Origin: Rubricoccaceae bacterium
GTDB taxonomy: Bacteria; Bacteroidota; Rhodothermia; Rhodothermales; Rubricoccaceae
Direction: 5' to 3'
Assembly: GCA_046292345.1 (NCBI GenBank)
Contig: JBKBRC010000006.1
Location: forward strand, 12,473-75,802
Length of the DNA stretch: 63,330 bases
In this document: piece after piece, positions 28,328 to 36,944 of the stretch
Layout: the number at the start of each line of letters is the position of its first letter
Numbering within the stretch: position 1 is the first letter of the stretch
The notes under the pieces: generated by a model
Seen by the model: the letters and a program-made list of their open reading frames with translations, nothing else
Told to the model about the DNA's origin: nothing
Databases searched by the model: none
Position numbers and translations under genes: made by a program

Positions 28328-29986
28328 ATGGCGACTACACTGCCGGCACGCCCTCCGCTCCGCACTATGCCGCTCCTGCGCTCGGCCTCCGGACGCACCC
28401 CGCTCTTCGCCGCGCTCCGGCAGGCGGCGCGCCGTGCCGCCGGCACGCCCTGGACCGGCGCCGCCGCGCAGGCGTCCCCACCGGTCTCGCGGCGCGCCTT
28501 TCTCCGCTCGGGCGCCCTCGTGGCCGGCGGCGCGCTGCTCACGCCGACGCTCGCGGGCTGCCTGCCGCGTCTGACAGGCGCCGCCGCGCCGCGCATCGCC
28601 GTCGTGGGGGCCGGTCTGGCCGGGCTCGCCGCGGCCTGGCACCTGCACCGCGCTGGCCTCGAGGCGACTGTCTACGAAGCGAGCGCGCGCGCCGGCGGGC
28701 GCGTCCACACCGGCTACGGCGTCGTCGCCGAGGGGCAGCCGACCGAGCTCGGCGCCGAGTTCATCGACTCGGCGCATGCGGACGTGCGAGCGCTGTGCAC
28801 CCACTTCGGGCTCGCCCTGCTCGACCGCCACGCCGGGCCGGCCGCGGGCCTGCGCACGGGCTACTTCTTCGGCGGGCGACACTACAGCGAGCGCGACGTC
28901 GTGACCGCGTTCACGCCGGCGGCCGGGCGCGTCGCGGCCGACCTCGCGCGCGCCGAGACCGACCCCGCCGAGGCCGCCCGCCTCGATCGCCGCTCCGTCG
29001 CCGCCTACCTCGACGGCCTCGGGCTCGACGCGTGGCTGCGCGCGCTCCTCGGCGTGGCCTTCGTGACCGAGTACGGCCTCGACGAGGACGAGCAGAGCGC
29101 GCTCAACTTCCTCTACACCATCGGCACCGACCTCGCCGACGGCTTCGCGGTCTTCGGCGAGAGCGACGAGCGCTTCAAAATCGCCGGCGGCAACGAACGC
29201 CTGCCGGCTGCTCTGGCGGGCGCGCTTGGAGACGCCCTCCGCTACGGACACTTCCTGGAGGCCGTCCGCGCCGAGGGCGCGGGCTTCCGCCTCGCCTTCC
29301 AGACCGACGGGGGCGCGCGCGAGCTGGCGGCGGACGTGCTCGTGCTCGCGCTGCCCCTCCCGCTCCTGCGCGCGCTCGACCTGCGCGTGCCGCTCCCCGG
29401 GCCGCAGCGCCGCGCCTTCGCCGAGGCCGGCTTCGGCACGAACGCCAAGACGTTCGCCGGGATGCGCCGCCGGCCGTGGCGCGCGGCAGGCTTCTCGGGC
29501 GAGACGTTCTCGGACGAGCCGTTTCAGCTCCTCTGGGACCCGCAGGAGCTCGAGGCCGGCGAGGCCGCCGGGCTCACGTTCTTCTCAGGCGGCACGGCCG
29601 GACTCCGCGTCGGTGAGGGCCCGCCCGAGGCGCAGGTGGCGCGCCTGTTGCCCGGTGCCGAGCGCGCCTTCCCCGGCACGGCCGCGGCCTTCACGGGCCG
29701 CGCCGCGCGCTTCCACTGGCCCTCGCACGCCTTCACGCGCGGTAGCTACACCTGCTTCCGTCCCGGCCAGTGGACGGGCCTGGCCGAGCACCTCCGGACG
29801 CCCGCCGGCGCCCTGTTCTTCGCAGGCGAGCATTGCAGCCTCGAGCATCAGGGCTACATGAACGGCGCCGCCGAGTCCGGGCGCGAGGCCGCCGTGGCCA
29901 TCGCGCGACGCCTGCGCCGTCGGCTCCCGCCGCTCGCGCTCGCCTCACCGGCAGGCTCGGGAGCCGCCGCGGGCGCCGCGGCGTAG
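28328..29986 (+). CDS. Tat-exported flavin-containing amine oxidase family protein
   Basis: Twin-arginine signal SRRAFLRSGALVAGGALL, FAD dinucleotide fold IAVVGAGLAGLAAA..YEA..R.GGR and C-terminal FFAGEH. The start codon is uncertain (ATG at 28328 or a downstream ATG). Confidence 0.75.
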   Translation: MATTLPARPPLRTMPLLRSASGRTPLFAALRQAARRAAGTPWTGAAAQASPPVSRRAFLRSGALVAGGALLTPTLAGCLPRLTGAAAPRIAVVGAGLAGLAAAWHLHRAGLEATVYEASARAGGRVHTGYGVVAEGQPTELGAEFIDSAHADVRALCTHFGLALLDRHAGPAAGLRTGYFFGGRHYSERDVVTAFTPAAGRVAADLARAETDPAEAARLDRRSVAAYLDGLGLDAWLRALLGVAFVTEYGLDEDEQSALNFLYTIGTDLADGFAVFGESDERFKIAGGNERLPAALAGALGDALRYGHFLEAVRAEGAGFRLAFQTDGGARELAADVLVLALPLPLLRALDLRVPLPGPQRRAFAEAGFGTNAKTFAGMRRRPWRAAGFSGETFSDEPFQLLWDPQELEAGEAAGLTFFSGGTAGLRVGEGPPEAQVARLLPGAERAFPGTAAAFTGRAARFHWPSHAFTRGSYTCFRPGQWTGLAEHLRTPAGALFFAGEHCSLEHQGYMNGAAESGREAAVAIARRLRRRLPPLALASPAGSGAAAGAAA

Positions 29987-30015
29987 GCGCCCCCGCCCTC
30001 CCACCCTGCCGCCCT

Positions 30016-31050
30016 ATGTCTCCGCCCCGACTCGCCGCCACGCTCGCGCTCGCGCTCGTCCTCGCCGCGCCCGCCTTCGCGCAGGCTCTCACCACGCCCC
30101 GCGTCAGTCCGCCCGCGCGCGTGGAACAGACGATCGGGCTGACGACGGTCTCGGTCGCCTACCACCGACCCGCCGTGGCCGGACGCACGCTCTGGGGCGG
30201 CCTCGTGCCGTACGACCAGGTCTGGCGTGCCGGCGCCAACGAAAACACCGTCCTCGAGACCGACGGGCCACTCGAGATCGCCGAGCGCGTCCTCCCGCCC
30301 GGGCGCTACGGCCTCCACGTCATCCCGCGCGAGCGCGGGCCCTGGACGGTCATCTTCTCGAGCATGGCCGACGCCTGGGGCTCCTACACCTACGACGAGG
30401 CCGAAGACGTCCTGCGCGTCGAGGCGACGCCGCAGACGGCGCCGCACGAGGAGCGCCTTGCCTACCGCTTCGACAACCCGACGACCGAGACGGCCACGCT
30501 CGTGCTGCACTGGGGCTCGACGGCGCTCCCGCTCCCGCTGCGCGTCGATACGCCCGCGGCCGTCATCGCGACCATGCGCCGCGAACTGCGCGGCACGCGC
30601 GGCTTCCAGCCCGAGGGCTGGACGCAGCTCGCCACGTATGCCCTCGATCACGGCCGCCACACGGCCGAGGCGCTCGCTTGGGCCGAGACCTCCCTCGCGC
30701 GCCGCCCCACCTTCGCCGGGCACATGACGCGCGCCCGCGCGCTCGAGGCCGCCGGCCGCGCCGCCGACGCCGCCGACGCCCGCGAAGCCGCCTTCGCCAT
30801 CGGCACCGAGGCCGAGGCGCTCGCCTACGCGGCCGCCCGCACGCGCGCCGGGCAGCACGCCGAGGCGCTGCACGCCCTCACGCGCCTGGCCGAACGCCCC
30901 GACGCCGCCTGGAACGTTCACCTCGCCGCCGCCGAGGCGCACGCCGCTGCCGGCGACCGCGGCGCCGCCCGCCACCACTACGAGCGTGCCGAAGCGACCG
31001 CCCCCGAGGCGCAGCGCGCACGCATCCGCGCCGCGCGCGAGCGCCTCTGA
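30016..31050 (+). CDS. DUF2911 domain protein with a C-terminal TPR-like region
   Basis: Signal peptide MSPPRLAATLALALVLAAPAFAQ, plus VSVAYHRPAVAGRTLWGGLVPYDQVWRAGANENT and LPPGRYGLHVIP. Confidence 0.7.
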   Translation: MSPPRLAATLALALVLAAPAFAQALTTPRVSPPARVEQTIGLTTVSVAYHRPAVAGRTLWGGLVPYDQVWRAGANENTVLETDGPLEIAERVLPPGRYGLHVIPRERGPWTVIFSSMADAWGSYTYDEAEDVLRVEATPQTAPHEERLAYRFDNPTTETATLVLHWGSTALPLPLRVDTPAAVIATMRRELRGTRGFQPEGWTQLATYALDHGRHTAEALAWAETSLARRPTFAGHMTRARALEAAGRAADAADAREAAFAIGTEAEALAYAAARTRAGQHAEALHALTRLAERPDAAWNVHLAAAEAHAAAGDRGAARHHYERAEATAPEAQRARIRAARERL

Positions 31051-31055
31051 CCTGC

Positions 31056-31107
31056 GTGCGACCCCGACGTGCGACCCCGACGTGCGACCCCGACGTGCGA
31101 CCCCGAC
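31056..31107. repeat. 13-bp tandem repeat GTGCGACCCCGAC x4
   Basis: Four perfect copies, beginning 6 nt after the TGA stop at 31048-31050. Confidence 0.95.
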
Positions 31108-31125
31108 CCGTCTCCGACGCTCTTC

Positions 31126-31503
31126 ATGAACATCCTCGACGCCCCCGAAGCCCCGCGCGCCATTGGCCCCTACGCCCACGCCGTCCGCGTCGGGCCGCTC
31201 CTGTTCTGCTCCGGGCAGACGCCCATCGATCCCGAGACGATGCAGCTCGTCGAGGGTGACATCGGGGTGCAGACGGCGCGCGTGCTGCGCAACGTGGAGC
31301 ACGTCCTGCACGCAGCCGGGCTCACGCTCGCGGCGGTCGTCAGGACGACGGTCTACCTGACGAGCATGGACGACTTCGGGGCGATGAACGCGGCCTACGC
31401 CGAGGCTTTCGGCACGCACACGCCCGCGCGCACGACCGTCGCCGTGCGCGCACTGCCTCTCGGCGCGCGGGTCGAGATCGAGTGCATTGCCGAGGCCGGC
31501 TGA
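31126..31503 (+). CDS. ridA: RidA/YjgF family reactive-intermediate deaminase
   Basis: APRAIGPYAHAV, LFCSGQTPIDPET and ARTTVAVRALPLGARVEIECIA. Confidence 0.88.
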   Translation: MNILDAPEAPRAIGPYAHAVRVGPLLFCSGQTPIDPETMQLVEGDIGVQTARVLRNVEHVLHAAGLTLAAVVRTTVYLTSMDDFGAMNAAYAEAFGTHTPARTTVAVRALPLGARVEIECIAEAG

Positions 31504-31515
31504 CGCCCCCGGCCC

Positions 31516-32559
31516 GTGCCCGCCGTGCTGTTCGAACCCGCCCGTCCCGAGGATGACGCGGCGCTGCGCGCGCTGCTGGCCGCGACGCCCCTGCCGGGCG
31601 CGATCACGCTAGGGCTCACGCGCGAGCCCTCGTTCTTCGCCGCCGACGCCGTACTCGGCGAGCGCGTCGAGACGCTCGTGGCCCGGCCCGAGCCCGGCGC
31701 GGCACCGGTCGCCCTCGCCCAGCGCGCCGTGCGCACGGTATGGCTCGGGGGTGCGCCCGCACGCGTGGCCTACCTCGGCGGCCTGCGCGTGCATCCGGCC
31801 TGGCGCGGCCGCGGGCTGACGCGCACCGGCTGGCAGGCCCTGGGCGCACTGCACCGCGCCGACCCGGTCGGGCTGACGCTGGCGGCGCTCGCCGAGAGCA
31901 ACCGCGCCGCCGAGCACGTGCTCGTGCAGGCCCCGGGCGGCGGCCCGGCGTTCGAGCCGGTGGCGCGCGTGGTCACGCTTGCGGTCCCGCTACGCCGCCG
32001 GATGCGTCACGGCCGCCTGCCGGAGCGCCCCGGCGCAGAGGCGGACGATGCAGGATACAGTAACGGAGCCCGTACGATTCCGCCCCGGGATCTCGCGCCT
32101 GCCCTCGAGCCGGCATGGCCTGGCCGCGCGCGCACGCTCGCCACCCCCGACGGACGCGTAACGCTGTGGGACCCCGCGGCCGTCCGCCAGACGCGCGTCG
32201 TGGCCTACGCGCCGTGGCTGCACGTGGCCCGCCCAGCGCTGAGCCGGCTCCTCCGCCTGGCCGGCTGCGCGCCGCTGCCGGCCCCGGGCGAGCCCCTGCG
32301 CGCTGCCTTCGCCGCCGACCTGCGTGCGCGCTCGGCCGAGGGCGCCGCGCGCCTGCTCAGCCTGGCCGCCCGCGCGGCCGCGTCCGACGGCCACGCCTTT
32401 TTGCTGGCCGGATGGGACGCCTGCGATCCCTACCTTGTGGCCGTCCGCCGCCGCTTCCGGGCTCTCGTCTACCGTACAACGCTGTACGGGGTCCGGTGGA
32501 AGGGCACGGCGCTTCCGCCCGTCCGCCGTCCAATCCATGCCGAGATCGCCACGTACTGA
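31516..32559 (+). CDS. GNAT-family acyltransferase-like protein
   Basis: GNAT motif A-like LGGLRVHPAWRGRGL. GTG start at 31516. First gene of a four-gene overlapping operon. Confidence 0.6.
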   Translation: MPAVLFEPARPEDDAALRALLAATPLPGAITLGLTREPSFFAADAVLGERVETLVARPEPGAAPVALAQRAVRTVWLGGAPARVAYLGGLRVHPAWRGRGLTRTGWQALGALHRADPVGLTLAALAESNRAAEHVLVQAPGGGPAFEPVARVVTLAVPLRRRMRHGRLPERPGAEADDAGYSNGARTIPPRDLAPALEPAWPGRARTLATPDGRVTLWDPAAVRQTRVVAYAPWLHVARPALSRLLRLAGCAPLPAPGEPLRAAFAADLRARSAEGAARLLSLAARAAASDGHAFLLAGWDACDPYLVAVRRRFRALVYRTTLYGVRWKGTALPPVRRPIHAEIATY

Positions 32560-33370
32560 GGTCCCGAAGGCGTCCGAGGCGCGCGGTGCCGAGGCGCGCG
32601 GTGCCGAGGCGCGCGGTGCCGAGGCGCGCGGTGCCGAGGTCCGCGGTGCCGAGGTCCGCCCCGTAGCGGCGCTCGGCAGCACCGAGCGCGAGACGCTGCG
32701 CCGCCTGATGGAGGCGCACTACGAGGGCGTCTGCCCGGAGGTTTTTGCGCGCGACCTGGACGCCAAGGACGCCGTCGTGCTGCTGCGCGACGACGCCGGC
32801 GCGCTGCGCGGCTTCTCGACGGTCGCGCGCGAGCGCGTGCGCGCGGGCGAGCTCGAGGCGCTCGTGTTCTACTCGGGCGACACGGTTGTCGAGGCCGCGC
32901 ACCGGCACACGGCAGCCCTGCCGCGCGCCTGGAGCCGCTACGTCTTCGCCGAGGCCCGCCGCATGCCCGACGTGCCGACCTACTGGTTCCTGATCTGCTC
33001 GGGGTACAAGACCTACCGGTTCCTACCGACGTTCTACCGCCGCTTCCTGCCGGGTCCGGGCCAGCCCGAGCGGGAGGACGAGCGCCGCCTGCTCGACGCC
33101 GTCGCTCGCGCGCGCTTCGGCACACGCTACAACGCGCGCACCGGTGTCATCCGGCTCGAGCACCCGACGCCCCTCCGCCCCGGCGTGGCCGACCTGACGG
33201 CGCACCGCCTCGCCGATCCGCACGTCGCCTTCTTTGCCGCGCGCAACCCCGGGCACGCGCGCGGCGACGAGTTGGCCTGCCTGTGCCGCATCCATCCCGA
33301 GAACCTCACTCCCGCCGGGGCGCGCATGGTCGGCCCGGACCTCGCTCGCCCGCTCCCCGCCCCGCCATGA
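32537..33370 (+). CDS. Hypothetical protein (possible acyltransferase fold) with an N-terminal EARGA repeat
   Basis: High-GC3 ORF. The ATG at 32537 overlaps the upstream gene by 23 nt. A later start at MEAHYEG (around 32708) cannot be excluded. No family recognised. Confidence 0.5.
   Translation: MPRSPRTEVPKASEARGAEARGAEARGAEARGAEVRGAEVRPVAALGSTERETLRRLMEAHYEGVCPEVFARDLDAKDAVVLLRDDAGALRGFSTVARERVRAGELEALVFYSGDTVVEAAHRHTAALPRAWSRYVFAEARRMPDVPTYWFLICSGYKTYRFLPTFYRRFLPGPGQPEREDERRLLDAVARARFGTRYNARTGVIRLEHPTPLRPGVADLTAHRLADPHVAFFAARNPGHARGDELACLCRIHPENLTPAGARMVGPDLARPLPAPP
32576..32660. repeat. 15-bp tandem repeat GAGG(C/T)(G/C)CGCGGTGCC, about 5.7 copies
   Basis: Four perfect copies plus two variant copies. 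In frame with the 32537 ORF, encoding (EARGA)4(EVRGA)2. Confidence 0.93.
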
Positions 33371-34359
33371 GCCACGCGCACGACACGCTCGCCCAACCCG
33401 ACCTTTCGACGCGCGACGCCCGTCGCGCGCTCACGGCGCTGCTCGGCCCTGCGCTCGAGCCCCTGCGCACGCTCTCGCTCTCGCACCGCCTGCGTGAGGT
33501 CTTCTTTTTTGCCGGCCTCTGGGGGCTCGGGCTGCTCCTGGCCGCCGTCGCGGCCGGGCAGAGCGGCGCCGCGCAGACCGCGCTGCGCGTGGCGGCCGTC
33601 GGCGCGGGCGCGCTCGCGCTCAACGCCTTCGTGCTCCTGATGCACGAGGGCATGCACGGCGTGCTCTTCCGCGACCGCAGGGTCAACCGCTGGGTCTCGG
33701 TGCTGCTCGGCGCCAGCGTCGGCATGTCGTTCACGGCCTACCGCGTCCTCCACACGCTCCACCACGACCACCTCGGCTCGGACGACGACCCGGACGACTA
33801 CCGCGCCTACACGCGCAGCCCGCGCGCGTTCTGGCTGCTCCAGGGCGTCCGCCTGGCCTTCGGCGCCGTGATCTACCTGTTCGCGATCCCGCTGCTGGCC
33901 TGGCGGCGCGGCACGCGCCGGGACCGCCGCCGCATCGGGCAGGAGTATCTCGTGCTGCCCGTCCTGTGGATCGCCGCGTTCTGGCTCGTCCCGTGGCCGG
34001 TCCTGCTCTGGGGCTGGCTGCTCCCGCTGCCGGTCGTGGCCGCGATGGTGCAGATCCGCGGCCTGACGCAGCACGGGCTGACCGAGCGGCACGACGCGCT
34101 GCTCTCGAGCCGGACCGTCCGGCCACACCCGGTGGTGGCGTTCTTCCTGCTCAACGAGAACTACCACCTCGAGCACCACCTTTTCCCCGAGGTGCCGAGC
34201 TACCGCCTCCCGGCGCTGCACCGCGCCATCTGGGCGCACCTGCCACGCGCGTGCGAGGGCACGTCGTACCTCGGCTTCCTCGCCGACTTTGCGCGGCGCT
34301 CAGTGCGGCTTGACGAGACGCCCGTGGGAGTCGTGCAGCCGGCCGCCGCGCGCGCGTGA
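33367..34359 (+). CDS. Membrane fatty-acid desaturase/hydroxylase family protein
   Basis: Three histidine boxes HEGMH, HTLHHDH and LEHHLFP, plus TM segments. ATGA overlap with the upstream stop. Confidence 0.82.
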   Translation: MSHAHDTLAQPDLSTRDARRALTALLGPALEPLRTLSLSHRLREVFFFAGLWGLGLLLAAVAAGQSGAAQTALRVAAVGAGALALNAFVLLMHEGMHGVLFRDRRVNRWVSVLLGASVGMSFTAYRVLHTLHHDHLGSDDDPDDYRAYTRSPRAFWLLQGVRLAFGAVIYLFAIPLLAWRRGTRRDRRRIGQEYLVLPVLWIAAFWLVPWPVLLWGWLLPLPVVAAMVQIRGLTQHGLTERHDALLSSRTVRPHPVVAFFLLNENYHLEHHLFPEVPSYRLPALHRAIWAHLPRACEGTSYLGFLADFARRSVRLDETPVGVVQPAAARA

Positions 34360-35993
34360 GGGCAGCCCGCCTCGCCTACCGCCTCTGGGCGCTCGCGGCC
34401 CTGGCGGACGCGCGCCGCTTCGAGCGGGCGCTGCACGCCCCCGAGGCGGCGCAGGCGGCCGTGCTGCGCGAGGTCGTGCGCGCCTGCCGCGGCACGGCCT
34501 ACGCCCGGCACGCCGGCCTGGACGGCGTGCGGACGCTCGCCGACCTCGGGGCGCTGCCCCAGGCCACACCCGAGGCGCTCGCGCCCTGGATCGCGCGCAT
34601 CGCCGGCGGCGAGCCGCACGTGCTCACGCGCGCGCCCGTCCGCCTCCTCGAGCCCACCGGCGGCTCAACGGGCGGGCGGCGCCTGGTGCCCTTCACGGCG
34701 CCGCTCCAGCGGCAGTTCCGCCGCGCCGTGAGCGCCTGGATCGTGGACCTGCTGCGGCGCGACGCGCGCCTCGGGCACGGCCCGGCCTACTGGTCGGTCA
34801 GCCCGGCCACGGGACCGCCCGAGCGCGCGCCCGGCGGCCTGCCCGTCGGCTTCGCCGATGACGGCGCCTACCTCTCGCCCATCGCGGCGCGTCTGGCGCG
34901 GGCCGTGCTCGCCGTTCCTGGCGCGCTCCGGCTCGTCGCCGAGCCCGAGGCGTTCCGCTACGCGACGCTGCGGCTGCTCGTCGGGCGCGGAGACCTGGCG
35001 CTCGTCTCGGTCTGGAACCCGACGTTCTTCGAGCTCCTGCTCGCATCGCTGGAGGCGCACGCCGAGGCGCTCGCGCGCGACATCCGCGAGGGCACGCTCC
35101 TGGCCGCCCTCCCGGCCGAAGCGCACCGGGCCGTCCGTCCGTTCCTGCGCCCCGACCCGGCCCGCGCCCGCGCGCTCGAGGCGGCCCTCGCGCTCGCCGA
35201 CGGCCCCGCGCGCTACGCTCGTCTCTGGCCCCGCCTGCGCCTCGTGAGCGCCTGGGCCGACGCGCACGCGGCCAGGCCGGCGCGCACCCTCGCGGCGCGC
35301 CTCGCGCACGCCGCCTTCCAGCCGAAGGGCCTCCTCGCCACCGAAGGCGTCGTCTCCGTGCCACGCGCCGGGCGCACGGGCGCGGCGCTGGCCGTGACGA
35401 GCCACGTGATCGAGCTCGTCCCGCCCGGCGGCGGCGAGGCGGTGCCGCTCGCCGAGGCCCGTGTGGGCGAGCGCTACGCCGTACTGCTCACGACCGCCGG
35501 CGGGCTCGTCCGCTACCGCCTTGGCGACCTGGTAGACGTCGTCGGACGCGAGGGGCGGACGCCGCTCGTCCGCTTTGCCGGGCGTGAGGGGCTCGTCTCG
35601 GACCGCGTCGGCGAGAAGCTGCACGAGGCGCACGTCCGCCAGGCCCTTGAGGCAGCTTGCGCCGGCCTCGAGGCGCCCTTCCTCATGCTCGCCTGCGACG
35701 ACGCCGCCGCCCCTCCGGCATATGTGCTCTTCGCCGAGACCATGGCCGACGACGAGGCGCTCCGCGAAGCCGCCGCCGCGCTCGACCGTGCGCTCGGCGC
35801 CAACGTGCACTACGCCTACGCGCGGCGCCTGGGGCAGCTCGGCCCGCTCGGCGCGTTCCGCGTCACCGGCGACGGCCACGCGGCGTACGTCCGCGCCTGC
35901 GCTGCGCAGGGACAGCGCCTGGGCGACGTCAAGCCGTCGGCGCTGCACCGCGCCGGCGACTGGACGTCCCGGCTGCCAGGACAGCGGCTGTAG
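34356..35993 (+). CDS. GH3-family (acyl-acid amido synthetase-like) adenylating enzyme
   Basis: N-terminal GH3-like pattern (..VLREVV..GTAYAR..; EPTGGSTGGRRLVPFT corresponds to the TSGTTxGxxKxIP motif) and a size of 545 aa. GTGA overlap with the desaturase stop. Confidence 0.65.
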   Translation: MRAARLAYRLWALAALADARRFERALHAPEAAQAAVLREVVRACRGTAYARHAGLDGVRTLADLGALPQATPEALAPWIARIAGGEPHVLTRAPVRLLEPTGGSTGGRRLVPFTAPLQRQFRRAVSAWIVDLLRRDARLGHGPAYWSVSPATGPPERAPGGLPVGFADDGAYLSPIAARLARAVLAVPGALRLVAEPEAFRYATLRLLVGRGDLALVSVWNPTFFELLLASLEAHAEALARDIREGTLLAALPAEAHRAVRPFLRPDPARARALEAALALADGPARYARLWPRLRLVSAWADAHAARPARTLAARLAHAAFQPKGLLATEGVVSVPRAGRTGAALAVTSHVIELVPPGGGEAVPLAEARVGERYAVLLTTAGGLVRYRLGDLVDVVGREGRTPLVRFAGREGLVSDRVGEKLHEAHVRQALEAACAGLEAPFLMLACDDAAAPPAYVLFAETMADDEALREAAAALDRALGANVHYAYARRLGQLGPLGAFRVTGDGHAAYVRACAAQGQRLGDVKPSALHRAGDWTSRLPGQRL

Positions 35994-36020
35994 CCGCCGG
36001 CTGTAGCCGCCGGTGTAGCC
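35985..36020. repeat. 13-bp tandem repeat CGGCTGTAGCCGC, about 2.8 copies
   Basis: The first copy contains the TAG stop (35991-35993) of the GH3 gene. Confidence 0.88.
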
Positions 36021-36031
36021 TGCGGCGCCGG

Positions 36032-36871
36032 TTACCGACCGCTCGCGGCCGCGGCCACGAGATCCTTCATCAGCGCGGTCAGGCGCGGCTCCGCCTCGGC
36101 CGCGGCCGCGAGCACGTCCGCAATCGAGACCGGCTCGAGCGCATCGGGGAGGCACTCGTCTGTGATGACCGAGATGGCAAGGCAGCGCAGGCCCATGTGG
36201 CGCGCCACGATGACCTCGGGCACGGTGCTCATGCCGACGGCGTCCGCGCCGATCGTGCGCAGGAAGCGGTACTCGGCGGGCGTCTCGAGGTTGGGCCCGG
36301 TCACGGCCACGTAAACCCCCTGCTGGAGGTGGATGCCGCGCCTGAGGGCGGCGGCGAGCGCCGCCTCGCGGAGCGCCTCGTCGTAGGGCACGCTCATGTC
36401 TGGGAAGCGCGGCCCCCACTCGTCCGCATTGGGTCCCGTGAGCGGATTGACGCCCTGCAGGTTGATGTGGTCGGTGAGCAGCATCAGATCGGCCCGGCGG
36501 AAGAGCGGGTTCATGCCGCCGGCCGCGTTCGAGATCAGCAGCGTATCTACCCCGAGCGCAGCAAGCACGCGTACCGGAAGCGTGACCTGCTGCGCCGAGT
36601 AGCCTTCGTAGAGGTGGAAGCGACCTTGCAGCGCCACGACCGGAGCGTCGCCAAGCGTCCCTGCGAGCAAGCGCCCCTCATGGCTCTCGACGGTCGAGAG
36701 CGGGAAGTGCGGGATCTCGCTGTAGGGCACGGCCTCCCGTACGGCGATCTCGTCGGCGAGGCGCCCGAGGCCGGTGCCGAGGATGAGTCCGATGCGGGCA
36801 TCGGTGCCGATGCGGGAGGCGAGCGCGTCAGCGGCGGCGCGCACGTGCGCCCGGTACTGGTTGAGGTCCAT
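36032..36871 (-). CDS. Purine nucleoside phosphorylase (PNP/MTAP family)
   Basis: GLILGTGLG, HEGRLLAGTL, LQGRFHLYEGY and GADAVGMSTVPEVIVARH. Confidence 0.88.
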   Translation of the reverse strand: MDLNQYRAHVRAAADALASRIGTDARIGLILGTGLGRLADEIAVREAVPYSEIPHFPLSTVESHEGRLLAGTLGDAPVVALQGRFHLYEGYSAQQVTLPVRVLAALGVDTLLISNAAGGMNPLFRRADLMLLTDHINLQGVNPLTGPNADEWGPRFPDMSVPYDEALREAALAAALRRGIHLQQGVYVAVTGPNLETPAEYRFLRTIGADAVGMSTVPEVIVARHMGLRCLAISVITDECLPDALEPVSIADVLAAAAEAEPRLTALMKDLVAAAASGR

Positions 36872-36944
36872 GCGAGGCGGAGTGGGAGGCGGAGGGCGGC
36901 CGGCCGACAGGAAACTCTGGCGAGCCCGCCGGCGCGAGCGAGGA

